DNA from: a candidate division WWE3 bacterium RIFCSPHIGHO2_01_FULL_40_23
Lineage (GTDB): Bacteria; Patescibacteriota; WWE3; UBA101185; 2-01-FULL-41-18
Assembly: GCA_001772615.1 (NCBI GenBank)
Contig: MEUZ01000007.1
Coordinates: 25,146-89,145, forward strand
Direction of reading: 5' to 3'
Length of the DNA: 64,000 bases
Shown here: positions 28,927 through 38,434 of the stretch, in pieces
Numbering within the stretch: position 1 is the stretch's first letter
How the letters are laid out: each line of letters opens with the position of its first letter
Translations under genes and position numbers: made by a program
The notes under the pieces: model-generated
What the model was told of the DNA's origin: nothing
Seen by the model: the letters and a program-made list of their open reading frames with translations, nothing else
Databases searched by the model: none

Positions 28927-28979
28927 AAAGCCGGAGAGATTGCTTCACCCTCGGCGAGCTCGGGTTCACAATGACCCAG

Positions 28980-29432
28980 TTATTTTACACCAAACTGCCT
29001 CTTTCTCATTCTTTTATAAAAGTTGTAGATAAGAATCAGATGAACTGCCGAAAATATTAAAACATACTGAAAATACTCGCTTCCGATGATAACCATGCAG
29101 GCAACAATAAAAATCTCAAAAAGAACTAAAAGAAGGTTTATTTTATAAACAAACGGAAGCTCCCTAAATATCAAAAACGGATAATTCCCATGCCTAAAGC
29201 TTTTAAGGTTAAACATATATCCCGTAAAGGGAACAAACACAAAAAGAATTACAAACCATGTAAAAATGATAAGAATGAAGAGCTTTCTGTATTTTTCGGG
29301 ATTTGAAAGAACGTCAGATGCGTCAAGGCCTAAAAAGGAGGAAAAAACCGCGGCTAGAGCGGTGGTTACGCCAACAAAAATAAGCATGTAGCTTTTAGCA
29401 GATGTAACCCTTTTTACTTCATGCTCTTCCAT
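28980..29432 (-). CDS. hypothetical membrane protein
   Basis: 4 hydrophobic segments. Confidence 0.5.
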   Translation of the reverse strand: MEEHEVKRVTSAKSYMLIFVGVTTALAAVFSSFLGLDASDVLSNPEKYRKLFILIIFTWFVILFVFVPFTGYMFNLKSFRHGNYPFLIFRELPFVYKINLLLVLFEIFIVACMVIIGSEYFQYVLIFSAVHLILIYNFYKRMRKRQFGVK

Positions 29433-29451
29433 AACCAGGTCCTAAAGAAGC

Positions 29452-30765
29452 CTAGTGCGCAGTGTCGGCTTCATAAAATTTAGTTCTGTTGCCCTTAAAG
29501 TATAAATCAAGCTCCCCCGTTGGTCCATTTCTATGCTTGGAAATGAGAAGTTTAATATTTTCCCTGTCTTCTTCATCCGGCCTGTATAAAAACATAACAA
29601 CGTCCGCATCCTGTTCTATACTACCTGACTCCCTTAAATCCGAAAGCTGCGGTCTTTTGTCCCCCCCTCTCTGCTCAACGGCTCTTGAAAGTTGTGAAGC
29701 CGCAATAACAGGAATTTTAAGCTCCCTTGCAAGGTTCTTTAATGCCTGGGAAATCTCGGAAACCTCCTGAACTCTATTTTCAAGATTTCTCCCATGAATC
29801 AACTGCAAATAATCAACTATGATCAGCCTCACTTTCTGATCAATCTGGAGCCTTCTTGCTTTGGTCCTCATTTCCATTATATTAATACCGGGAGTATCGT
29901 CAATAAATATAGGCGCTTCGGCCAGCTCACCTGCGGCATTGGAGTACTTTTCAAAATCCTCCTCTTCAAGATTTCCCGTTGTTATCCTCCAGTTATCAAT
30001 ATCACCCTGCGCCGAAATCATCCTGTCAACAACCTGTTCTCTGCTCATTTCAAGGGAAAATATCCCAACCGGAATTTTATGCTTCACGGCCGCAAACTGG
30101 CAAAAGTTAATAAGAAGACTGGATTTACCTATGGAAGGTCTTGCCGCAATTATTGAAAGGTTACTATCCTGAAGTCCCGAAAGCATATTGTCTAAAGTTT
30201 TAAATCCCGTCGGCACGCCTCTTAAAGATCCTTTCTTTTTGTGCATCTCATCAAGACGTTCAAAAGTTACCTCTAAAGTTTCTTTAATAGGGACAAACTC
30301 CTCTCTTAATTGATCTTGTGAAACACCGTATAAAAGCTGTTCGGCCTCATCCAAAAGAGAGCTAACCCCTATGTCCTCCTTAAACCCTAACTCCCCAATT
30401 CTTGATGAAACTTTAATAAGAAACCTTCTTATTGCATGTTCTTTAATGATGTTTGCGTAGTATTCAACATTTGCGGCCGTCGGGACAAAGTTAACAAGTT
30501 CAGTAAGATATGAAACACCCCCGATTTCTTTTAATACCTTCATTCGTTTGAGTTCATCCGGGACGGTAACAAGATCCGAAGGCTCACCTTTTTCAAAAAG
30601 ATTAAGTATCGCTTTGTAAACGCTTCCGTTTAAGTCTTTGTAAAAATGCTCGGGACGCAAAAACTCCGCGACTTTTACAATCGCGTCCTTATCAATAAGC
30701 AGACCTCCAAGGACGGAGCTTTCAGCTTCTAAATTATGTGGTGGGATTCTTATTTCGTGATCCAT
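29452..30765 (-). CDS. dnaB: replicative DNA helicase DnaB
   Basis: Walker A ARPSIGKSSLLINF; LIIVDYLQLI; SQLSR. Confidence 0.9.
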   Translation of the reverse strand: MDHEIRIPPHNLEAESSVLGGLLIDKDAIVKVAEFLRPEHFYKDLNGSVYKAILNLFEKGEPSDLVTVPDELKRMKVLKEIGGVSYLTELVNFVPTAANVEYYANIIKEHAIRRFLIKVSSRIGELGFKEDIGVSSLLDEAEQLLYGVSQDQLREEFVPIKETLEVTFERLDEMHKKKGSLRGVPTGFKTLDNMLSGLQDSNLSIIAARPSIGKSSLLINFCQFAAVKHKIPVGIFSLEMSREQVVDRMISAQGDIDNWRITTGNLEEEDFEKYSNAAGELAEAPIFIDDTPGINIMEMRTKARRLQIDQKVRLIIVDYLQLIHGRNLENRVQEVSEISQALKNLARELKIPVIAASQLSRAVEQRGGDKRPQLSDLRESGSIEQDADVVMFLYRPDEEDRENIKLLISKHRNGPTGELDLYFKGNRTKFYEADTAH

Positions 30766-30792
30766 ATTATACGGGCAGTTTACATGGGGTTA

Positions 30793-31494
30793 TTAACTTT
30801 GTTCAAGGATCACAACCTGCGTCTCTTCAGGAAGCTCACCTCTTGTGGTCACCTTAAGCTTTTGCTCTCTTCTTACCACGTCACTCCCCCACTCTGAAAT
30901 AAATTTATCAACCCCGTCAAGTTTTTTTGAAAGATTTAATTTTTCAGTTTGATAATGCATCGGGATCACAAAAGAAGGCTCCACTTCCGAAATCACATCC
31001 ATGGCCATTTTGTAATCTATTGTGTAAATTCCTCCCACAGGTATAAATAAAACATCAACCGTATTAAGCTCTTCCAAAACCGCTTCGGAGAGCATATGCC
31101 CAAGATCCCCGAGATGTAAGAAGAAAAAACCATCCAGCTCCGCATAATAAATAATATTTTTTCCTCTTTCTTTGCCGGAAACTGCGTCATGATAAGTGGA
31201 AAGGCCCTCAATGTGAACTCCTTTTATATCATATTCCCCGGGATCATTTACTAAAAAAGGATTCTTCCCGACTTCAGTCCCTTTAACACCCCCCACAAAA
31301 TTATGGTCATCATGCGAGTGGCTGACACAGACAATATCTGCTTCAAGTTTAGGAAGTTTAAACCCGACTTTTTCTGGGTCAAACGGATCAAAAACAGCCG
31401 AAGCATTCTTCCCTTTTATCTTAAAACATGAGTGCCCTGCGTATGTAACTTCCATAGATCTGAAATATATCACACTTGCTACGCGCTTATCCAT
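30793..31494 (-). CDS. MBL-fold metallo-hydrolase
   Basis: HSHDDHN metal-binding motif. Confidence 0.7.
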   Translation of the reverse strand: MDKRVASVIYFRSMEVTYAGHSCFKIKGKNASAVFDPFDPEKVGFKLPKLEADIVCVSHSHDDHNFVGGVKGTEVGKNPFLVNDPGEYDIKGVHIEGLSTYHDAVSGKERGKNIIYYAELDGFFFLHLGDLGHMLSEAVLEELNTVDVLFIPVGGIYTIDYKMAMDVISEVEPSFVIPMHYQTEKLNLSKKLDGVDKFISEWGSDVVRREQKLKVTTRGELPEETQVVILEQS

Positions 31495-31513
31495 ATCGGA
31501 TAATTAAGCTGAC

Positions 31514-32821
31514 ATGGAAGATATAATCTCAAAAGAAAGCGAGGCTATAGCCAAAAAGAAACCCGGAAAAAAGCTAATTGTCATAGGACTTCTCCTTGGA
31601 ATTCTCCTGGCCTTTTACGCTGCGACATTCTTATTAAAAACAACGGTTACACAAAATAACAAAACCAAAAAAACTGAAGAAGAAAACAAAAGTGTGCAGG
31701 AAGGGGTACTCTCCCCCAAGAAGACCTCCAGATATAAAATAGAATCTTCCTTTGGTAACTCTCCTTTATCATTTCTTTATACCGGCGGGGAAAATTCCCT
31801 TTTTACACCTTTAACGGCTTATTACCTCACCCCGGACAATAAACTTTTCAAAAACTCTTTTGGCGTAAACTCGGTAAACTCAAATGGAAAACCGTGGTGT
31901 TTTAAAGAAGGTCGTTATTCATTTTCCTCTTCACAGGATAATAAGGTTGTATTTTGTCTTGAGCATAAATCTGACAAAGATATAATCTTAAGAAAAACGG
32001 ATCTTAAAGGAAACGAATACAAAGAATACGAGTTTACAGAGGATAAAAATCTTTTTACAGACTCAATTTTATCAAGAGTAATTTCTTCACAAGACGGGGA
32101 CTCGGCTCTTATTTACAGCCCGGCGGGAGCTTTTGTCTTTGAGCCCATTGCAGAAAGTCTATTTAAAACAAACCTTCCTTCTGACCTTGAAATTATAAAC
32201 GTAGTCCACATTGGAAGCTCTGAAAGCGCTCTTATCACAGCCGACAATAAGATTTACAGACTTAATTTCAGTAACCATCAAGGTGGTGTGTTTAATGTTG
32301 ATTTTGCTTCCGTTGACAGATCAAAGTTAAATGAAGCTCTTAAAACTGCGAGGCTTTCAAAGGACAGCAGAAAAATAGTATTTACGGTTTCGGTTAAAAT
32401 TTCTGATCTTCCTTCTGATAACGTGCCGCCAAATTTCCAATCGGTTATTGCGTATAACATAGATTTAAACTCCACTAAATTATCCGACGAGCTTGATTAT
32501 GAGGAAAGGTTCAGACTAAGCTGCCAAAATCTTCTTGGAAATAAATATTGCTTGTATAAATCCTTTATTGAAGAGGACAAGGTCAGGTATGAAAAACTTT
32601 ACATAAAAGATTTTGAAAGCTCTCTTAAAGAAATAATAAAAGTCAGAACTGTTTTAAACGAGGGGCATAAAATTGAAACTTATTTACCCTCACAAAATCC
32701 GAATTTTCTTTTTGTAAAAGCACCTTATTTTTATGGAACGGATAAGTTTAACAATGAATTTTTCTTTGTAATTTACGTATACAACACTGGTAGCGGAAAG
32801 CTCTGGCCTCTTTCTTACTAG
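31514..32821 (+). CDS. hypothetical membrane-anchored/secreted protein
   Basis: N-terminal TM LIVIGLLLGILLAFYAATFLL. Confidence 0.5.
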   Translation: MEDIISKESEAIAKKKPGKKLIVIGLLLGILLAFYAATFLLKTTVTQNNKTKKTEEENKSVQEGVLSPKKTSRYKIESSFGNSPLSFLYTGGENSLFTPLTAYYLTPDNKLFKNSFGVNSVNSNGKPWCFKEGRYSFSSSQDNKVVFCLEHKSDKDIILRKTDLKGNEYKEYEFTEDKNLFTDSILSRVISSQDGDSALIYSPAGAFVFEPIAESLFKTNLPSDLEIINVVHIGSSESALITADNKIYRLNFSNHQGGVFNVDFASVDRSKLNEALKTARLSKDSRKIVFTVSVKISDLPSDNVPPNFQSVIAYNIDLNSTKLSDELDYEERFRLSCQNLLGNKYCLYKSFIEEDKVRYEKLYIKDFESSLKEIIKVRTVLNEGHKIETYLPSQNPNFLFVKAPYFYGTDKFNNEFFFVIYVYNTGSGKLWPLSY

Positions 32822-33029
32822 ACTTATTTAATAGAATTAGCAGAACAAAGGGGATGTCGTGCAGGCAATCTCGCAGCGAGCCCAGATTCCCGCTTTCGCG
32901 GGAATGACATTACGCGAGCGAGAGTTAGTGCCGCGAGAACTGATCTTAAAATTCGAGAGCAACCTAACCGGACACGTGCCTGATAGACATTCCCTTTGTT
33001 CTGCTTTAAGTCTAGAAGCCAGGTTTATA

Positions 33030-33065
33030 AAAGTCCTCCCGCCACATCCAAAAATGTAACGGGAG
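33030..33065 (-). terminator. hairpin (cctcccg..cgggagg) plus U-tract after the 73-aa membrane ORF
   Basis: 7-bp stem then acttttat on the minus strand. Confidence 0.4.
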
Positions 33066-33073
33066 GCAAAGGA

Positions 33074-33295
33074 CTACGCAGGAACAGGGGCGAGGCGGTA
33101 AAGTAGATCGTACATTAGAGACACAAGAGCTCCCGCCACGTATCCAACTACAATGGACATCGCCATCGGGTTGACCCAAGCAGGGAGCGAAACCGCATTC
33201 ATATTCATAGCAAAGAATGCGATCAGATCCATGCTGATCAAAGCCCACGCCCCGATTCCAAGCATGCAGAAAAACGGCCTTGCGCTGAATTCCAT
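33074..33295 (-). CDS. small 2-TM membrane protein (73 aa), GC-rich; paralog of the next ORF
   Basis: Excellent RBS GAAGGAGG; shares NPM...G..VSL pattern with neighbour. Confidence 0.55.
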   Translation of the reverse strand: MEFSARPFFCMLGIGAWALISMDLIAFFAMNMNAVSLPAWVNPMAMSIVVGYVAGALVSLMYDLLYRLAPVPA

Positions 33296-33306
33296 TCTTT
33301 CCTCCT

Positions 33307-33498
33307 TCAGATAAGTGTGTAGAATGCAAAGATCAGAAGTGATACCAAACCCCCGACAATACCACCGACCAGCATGGGTTGAACGTTTGGCACCATTTCC
33401 GGATTCGCTGCTACTAAATCCCTTAAAAGAAAGGAAAGCGCAACCCCAATCACCCCAGCAAGAACTGCAAATGGAATTTGAGATCTCCGCTGACTCAT
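33307..33498 (-). CDS. small 2-TM membrane protein (63 aa), GC-rich
   Basis: RBS AAGGAG before MSQRRS; start taken at internal Met rather than track start. Confidence 0.5.
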   Translation of the reverse strand: MSQRRSQIPFAVLAGVIGVALSFLLRDLVAANPEMVPNVQPMLVGGIVGGLVSLLIFAFYTLI

Positions 33499-33618
33499 TT
33501 TGTCGTCTCCTTTTATTGCCCTATAGTACAATATGATGTTTTTGGTTGCAACTGCCGTCGCGACCACTTCTTTACTGGATAGCTTCCTGCGTCCTAGTTC
33601 TTGTGCTAACATAACCCT

Positions 33619-34908
33619 ATGTTATCAACACAGCCTTACAAGGGCGTCAGGGATTTTTTCCCCGATGACATAAAAGTAAGAAATTATATCTTTGATACCT
33701 GGAGAAAGGTTTGTTTATCCTTCGGCTATGAAGAATATGACGGCCCTTTTCTTGAACCCTTTGAACTTTTTTCTGCTAAAACTGGCGATGAAATAGTAAA
33801 CAACCAGCTTTACTCATTTGAAGACAAAAGCGGAAGAAAAGTTGCAATAAGACCAGAAATGACCCCAACCGTCTCAAGGATGGCTGCCGAAAAAATAAGG
33901 ATGCAGACTCCCCTGCCCCTGAAATGGTTTTCAATTGCCGACTTTTACAGATATGAAAAACCCCAAAAAGGAAGGGGAAGAGAATTTTACCAGCTTAATG
34001 TTGATATTTTCGGTGAAGAAAGCGTAAATGCCGAGCTTGAAATCCTCCTTTTAAATAAAGGCATTATGGAAAAATTCGGTGCTACAGACAAGATGTATGA
34101 AGTAAGGTTTAATAACAGATTTCTGATGAATTACCTTTACGAGAGAATTGCTAGCCTAACCGTGCCTGAAATTAAAGCAGTCCAGAAAGCGGTTGATAAA
34201 AAGGCTAAAATATCAAACTCCGAATTTGAATCCCTCCTAGAGAAAGACATTGATAAATCAAAAATAAAAAAAGTACATGAAGTTCTTAATTTAACCATTT
34301 CAGATATTAAAAAACTAAAAGACCTGCCTGATAAAGCCTCTAATCTCCTTAAGCTGATGGAAATGGCGCAAAAAGTCGGTATTAAAAACATTATTTATGA
34401 CCCAGCTCTTGTAAGAGGCCTTGACTATTACGACGGAAATGTATTTGAACAGTATGATCTTACAAAAGGGAATAATCGTTCCATGTTTGGCGGAGGCCGC
34501 TATGACGGTCTGATCTCACTTTTCATTGATAAAAAAGTTCCAGCCGTGGGCTTTGCACCAGGAGACATAACACTTATGGAGTTTCTTAAATCCTGGAACC
34601 TCCTCCCGGAAACCGGTAGTCTCGTTAATCTTTTAGTAACCGTTTTCCCCGGTAATAAAGCCTGCCTTGAAAAATCTCTTGAGGTTTCTGAAAAACTAAG
34701 AGAATACATTAATGTTGAGACATATCTTAACCCCGATATGGAACTTACCAAACAGCTAAAATATGCCGACAGGAAAAGCATCCCGTTTGTTTTAATAATC
34801 GGTCCCGATGAACTTGCGAAAGAGCTACTACTGATCAAAAATCTAAAAACGGAAGAACAAAGCAAAATGAAAAGTCTTCAAGATGTAGTAAAACTTATTA
34901 AATCTTAA
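33619..34908 (+). CDS. hisS: histidyl-tRNA synthetase
   Basis: Class II motifs GVRDFFPDD, AIRPEMTPTVSRM, FYRYEKPQKGRGREFYQLNVDIFG; C-terminal anticodon-binding domain. Confidence 0.85.
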   Translation: MLSTQPYKGVRDFFPDDIKVRNYIFDTWRKVCLSFGYEEYDGPFLEPFELFSAKTGDEIVNNQLYSFEDKSGRKVAIRPEMTPTVSRMAAEKIRMQTPLPLKWFSIADFYRYEKPQKGRGREFYQLNVDIFGEESVNAELEILLLNKGIMEKFGATDKMYEVRFNNRFLMNYLYERIASLTVPEIKAVQKAVDKKAKISNSEFESLLEKDIDKSKIKKVHEVLNLTISDIKKLKDLPDKASNLLKLMEMAQKVGIKNIIYDPALVRGLDYYDGNVFEQYDLTKGNNRSMFGGGRYDGLISLFIDKKVPAVGFAPGDITLMEFLKSWNLLPETGSLVNLLVTVFPGNKACLEKSLEVSEKLREYINVETYLNPDMELTKQLKYADRKSIPFVLIIGPDELAKELLLIKNLKTEEQSKMKSLQDVVKLIKS

Positions 34909-34925
34909 CCCTCCTGTTAAAACGT

Positions 34926-35495
34926 ATGAAACAACAAAACATTACTAAAACCGTACTGGCAGGAGCTTCCATTAGCCTTCTTTTCATCTTTCTTCAATTT
35001 TATATACCAAACTTAAAAAACAAATATTATCTAAGAAATACAAAAACTTACACGCCCCCAAACCAAGAAACGTTCCAGGAGCCAAAACCCGAAGTAAAAG
35101 AAAAAGAAGAGGTTAAAGCGGAAACAATAGGCGAGGAAAAAACTTTGGAACTATCCGAAGAAGACCTTCAAGCATTCTTCTCTTTGGATTCTAAAGGTCT
35201 TGAAATCTCAACCAGCATAAAAGTTAAAATTATGGACGGCGGTATCACTCTTAATTTAACCTCAAAAGAAACCGGAAATGTGATCGTTTACGCAGAAGTC
35301 GCCCCTGACAAAAAATCTTTTGAAGTTAAATATATTGAATTCCCCGAAAGTTCAAAACTTCCAAAAGAAGCAAGCGACTACATTTCAAAACTGGTGTCGC
35401 AATCTCTCTCTTCGGCTTTAACGGCAAAAACAAAAAGTACCTTGATAAAAAGCATTGAAATTAAAGATTCTAAAATCCTCATTGTTTATAAGTAA
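34926..35495 (+). CDS. hypothetical protein with N-terminal TM
   Basis: ORF with hydrophobic N-terminus. Confidence 0.45.
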   Translation: MKQQNITKTVLAGASISLLFIFLQFYIPNLKNKYYLRNTKTYTPPNQETFQEPKPEVKEKEEVKAETIGEEKTLELSEEDLQAFFSLDSKGLEISTSIKVKIMDGGITLNLTSKETGNVIVYAEVAPDKKSFEVKYIEFPESSKLPKEASDYISKLVSQSLSSALTAKTKSTLIKSIEIKDSKILIVYK

Positions 35496-35524
35496 CCAAG
35501 CTATTAAAATAATCGTAAAGCCTT

Positions 35525-36601
35525 ATGCAATTTAAGACTGCCCAAAATAAAAAGCACAAACTCGCGTTAATGTACCTCCTTATTGCTGCGCTTGTATGGG
35601 GTGCGGCAGGTCCTGTGATTAAATTTACTCTTATTTATCTTCCCCCATTCACTTTTTTATTTTTAAGATTTCTCACAGCCTCAATTGTTATACTCCCCTT
35701 TCTTATCCTGGAGGAAAGAAAACACCCTGTCAGTAAGAAAGACTGGGTGAACCTTATTGTCCTTTCGCTTCTCGGCGGGGCCATTACACTCGCTTTCGTC
35801 TTTTTCGGGTTTAAATACACCACTTCCCTTGATGGTAGCTTAATTTCCGCAGTATCCCCTATTTTGACACTTGCAGCTTCTTCAAAACTCTTAAAAGAAA
35901 AAATCACGGAAAATGAAAAAAACGGAGCCATTATAGCTCTTTGCGGAACACTTGTTGTAACTATGCAGCCTCTTTTGACCTCCTTTTTCCATCCGACTGG
36001 AGATGTCATGCTAAGAATTTTAGGAAATGTTTTTATTCTTCTTTCAATAGTTTCATGGATTGGTTATACACTCTGGTCAAAAAAAGTATTTGAGCATAAG
36101 CCTTCAAGAATTTTTAACGCCCTTCTTCATTACTTTCATCTAAGATCAGAAACAAAACAATATTCCCCCTTCTTTTTAACAGGAGTTTTATCCGTTGTCT
36201 CGTTAATAGCTCTTGCTCCTTTGTCATTTCTTGAGTTAGGACTCATTCATGGCTTTAAATACCCCTCGTTTGAAAATCTGGCACTATCAACGCCTACCCT
36301 TTCAAACCTGTTAGAAACTCCAAACGCAATGATTTACACTGTTCTTGGAGTTTTATACATGGGCCTTTTTTCCACCCTTATCGCCTACGGTTTATACGAA
36401 TGGGCAATAAAAGAAATTCCCGTAGCGGAAAGCGCGATTTTCGCTTACTTACAACCGACATTTGCTATACCTTTTGCTTATCTGCTTCTTTCTGAAACCG
36501 TGGATTTATGGTTCGTCGTAGGAGCCTCCATAATAGGCTATGGGTTCTATGTAAGCGAAAAGAAAGTCCTCCCTGTGCTAAATAACTCCAGAAAAGGCTA
36601 G
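35525..36601 (+). CDS. EamA/DMT-superfamily transporter (10 TM)
   Basis: Two EamA-like halves. Confidence 0.7.
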   Translation: MQFKTAQNKKHKLALMYLLIAALVWGAAGPVIKFTLIYLPPFTFLFLRFLTASIVILPFLILEERKHPVSKKDWVNLIVLSLLGGAITLAFVFFGFKYTTSLDGSLISAVSPILTLAASSKLLKEKITENEKNGAIIALCGTLVVTMQPLLTSFFHPTGDVMLRILGNVFILLSIVSWIGYTLWSKKVFEHKPSRIFNALLHYFHLRSETKQYSPFFLTGVLSVVSLIALAPLSFLELGLIHGFKYPSFENLALSTPTLSNLLETPNAMIYTVLGVLYMGLFSTLIAYGLYEWAIKEIPVAESAIFAYLQPTFAIPFAYLLLSETVDLWFVVGASIIGYGFYVSEKKVLPVLNNSRKG

Positions 36602-36680
36602 AATAATCCGGTTGTTTCATGCCCACCATATTACCTTAGGGTGGGGCACTTCATTTAGAACTCGCGTGCAACCTATAGTA

Positions 36681-36709
36681 TGGACAGATTGAGAAGTTTT
36701 TGATATAAT
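36681..36709 (+). promoter_or_regulatory. sigma70-like promoter TGGACA-17-TATAAT driving a ~330-nt transcript with no convincing ORF
   Basis: Hexamers and 17-nt spacer read directly. Confidence 0.45.
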
Positions 36710-36995
36710 GGTATGTACAAGTGGCAGGAGTGTTGAGATTTAAGATTCGAAACTTAAATTTCTCCTCCTTCAGGTCGTTTGTGAACTCTTGGATAAAATC
36801 TTCCGGCGGGAAGATTTCTATCTTAAGGGAATGCACAAACGAGCTAGTCGTTAGGCCTTTCTTTGGTGAAGCTTTCGGCGGTCAGGCAGGCATTGCTTGG
36901 CAATTACATCCAAACGTCGAAATCGCTCCCAAAGATATGTACAAAGCTTTCTAGAAGCAATGTATGAAAGAGGTACAGACTTAAGCCATTTGCTC

Positions 36996-37050
36996 AGGGC
37001 CCCCTTTCCCAGTCATAGTTAATAACATACCGGGAAATGGGGGCCTTTTT
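36996..37050 (+). terminator. strong rho-independent terminator (ggccccctttccc / gggaaatgggggcc + TTTTT)
   Basis: 13-bp GC-rich stem with one bulge, followed by T5. Confidence 0.7.
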
Positions 37051-37094
37051 CATATTTGCGTATTTCTCCACTAAATTGCTATAATCCCAAAGTT

Positions 37095-37412
37095 ATGAAA
37101 AACGACATTCATCCGAAATTTTATACGGACACATTAGTTACATGCGCTTGCGGCAATACATTCACAACAGGCTCAACTGTCCCTAAAATCACAGTTGACA
37201 TCTGCAGTAAATGCCATCCTTTTTTCACGGGAACTCAAAAGCTAATTGACACCGAAGGGCGTGTTGAAAAGTTCGCCAAGAGGCAGGCCATTGGCCAAGC
37301 TTCCGCAAAAGTTAAAAAAGAAAAGGAAGAACAAAAGAAAAAAGCATCGCAAACAAGATCGCCCAAATCCCTCAAAGAAATGCTTGAAAACGTAAAAGAG
37401 TCCTCAAATTAG
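37095..37412 (+). CDS. rpmE: 50S ribosomal protein L31 with Lys-rich C-terminal extension
   Basis: [23 protein letters not shown]...[10 protein letters not shown]. Confidence 0.85.
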   Translation: MKNDIHPKFYTDTLVTCACGNTFTTGSTVPKITVDICSKCHPFFTGTQKLIDTEGRVEKFAKRQAIGQASAKVKKEKEEQKKKASQTRSPKSLKEMLENVKESSN

Positions 37413-37477
37413 ACGCCGTCCCTGCGAAAGCAGGGATCCCGATTAGATCTGGGGATGACGCTAACAAAAGGCTCACA

Positions 37478-38425
37478 ATGAATGAAGTCCTAAATAGCCT
37501 TAAAAAAGACATTGAAGAAGTTGAAAAAAGGATAAGTGATCTGGATAATCTTCTTTCTTTGGAAAAAGATCCCGAACTAAAAAAACTCGCGCAGGATGAA
37601 AAAGAAGAGCTCTTAAAGCAAAAAGACGCTCTAATGGAGTCCTCCAATTCACTCTCAAATCCGAACCCTTCAGAAAGAAATAAATCACCCGAAGAAATAA
37701 ATCCCCATATTGCTATCCTTGAAGTAAGAGCTGGCACAGGAGGCGATGAAGCAGGTCTTTTTGCTAACGATCTTTATAAAATGTATCTGAAGTTTTCTGA
37801 AAAAAAGGGCTGGAAGGCTTCTGAAATAGCCGTAACAGAAGGCGGCATACCCTCCGAAATAAGAAGTGTCACATGCGAAATAAAAGGTAAAAGTGTTTAT
37901 CCTCTTCTTAAGAACGAATCAGGGGTTCATAGAGTTCAAAGAATTCCCGTTACGGAAACAGGTGGAAGAATTCATACTTCAACGGCAACAGTTGCCATCC
38001 TTCCTGAAGTAAATGAAGTGCAGGTTGAAATTAACCCTAAAGATGTGGGGCTTGAATTTTTCCATGCTTCCGGCCATGGAGGTCAAAACGTAAACAAAGT
38101 TCAAACTGCAGTAAGGCTTAAACATCTCCCAACGGGAATTGTGGTTGAGTCACAGGAGCAAAGAAACCAGGCTCAAAACCGAGAAAAGGCTATGGTAATT
38201 TTAAGGTCGCGATTATATGAGCTTATGAGAGAACAGCAAAAAACAAAAGTTGACGATCTAAGAAGTGAGCAAATAGGAAGTGCCGAAAGAAGCGAGAAGA
38301 TAAGGACCTACAACTTCCCTCAAGACCGCGTTACAGACCACAGACTTAAGGAGTCCTTCCACAATATTCCCGCGATTTTAAACGGCGAAATAGACGAAAT
38401 CATCCAAAAAACCTCCAATTGTTGA
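37478..38425 (+). CDS. prfA: peptide chain release factor 1
   Basis: GGQ motif HASGHGGQNVNKVQTAVRL; PVT (PxT) tripeptide; RIHTSTATVAILPE. Confidence 0.85.
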   Translation: MNEVLNSLKKDIEEVEKRISDLDNLLSLEKDPELKKLAQDEKEELLKQKDALMESSNSLSNPNPSERNKSPEEINPHIAILEVRAGTGGDEAGLFANDLYKMYLKFSEKKGWKASEIAVTEGGIPSEIRSVTCEIKGKSVYPLLKNESGVHRVQRIPVTETGGRIHTSTATVAILPEVNEVQVEINPKDVGLEFFHASGHGGQNVNKVQTAVRLKHLPTGIVVESQEQRNQAQNREKAMVILRSRLYELMREQQKTKVDDLRSEQIGSAERSEKIRTYNFPQDRVTDHRLKESFHNIPAILNGEIDEIIQKTSNC

Positions 38426-38434
38426 ACTTGTAAT

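Noticed and set aside
32859-33059. 66-aa plus-strand ORF (MQAISQRAQIPAFAGMT...)
   Set aside because: It is the translation of the palindromic GC-rich element (the IPAFAGMT-type artefact) and overlaps a predicted terminator.
36651-36954. ORFs 36651-36836 (-) and 36721-36954 (+) in the eamA-rpmE spacer
   Set aside because: No RBS. The plus ORF needs a GTG start right at the predicted transcription start. Treated as non-coding transcript instead.
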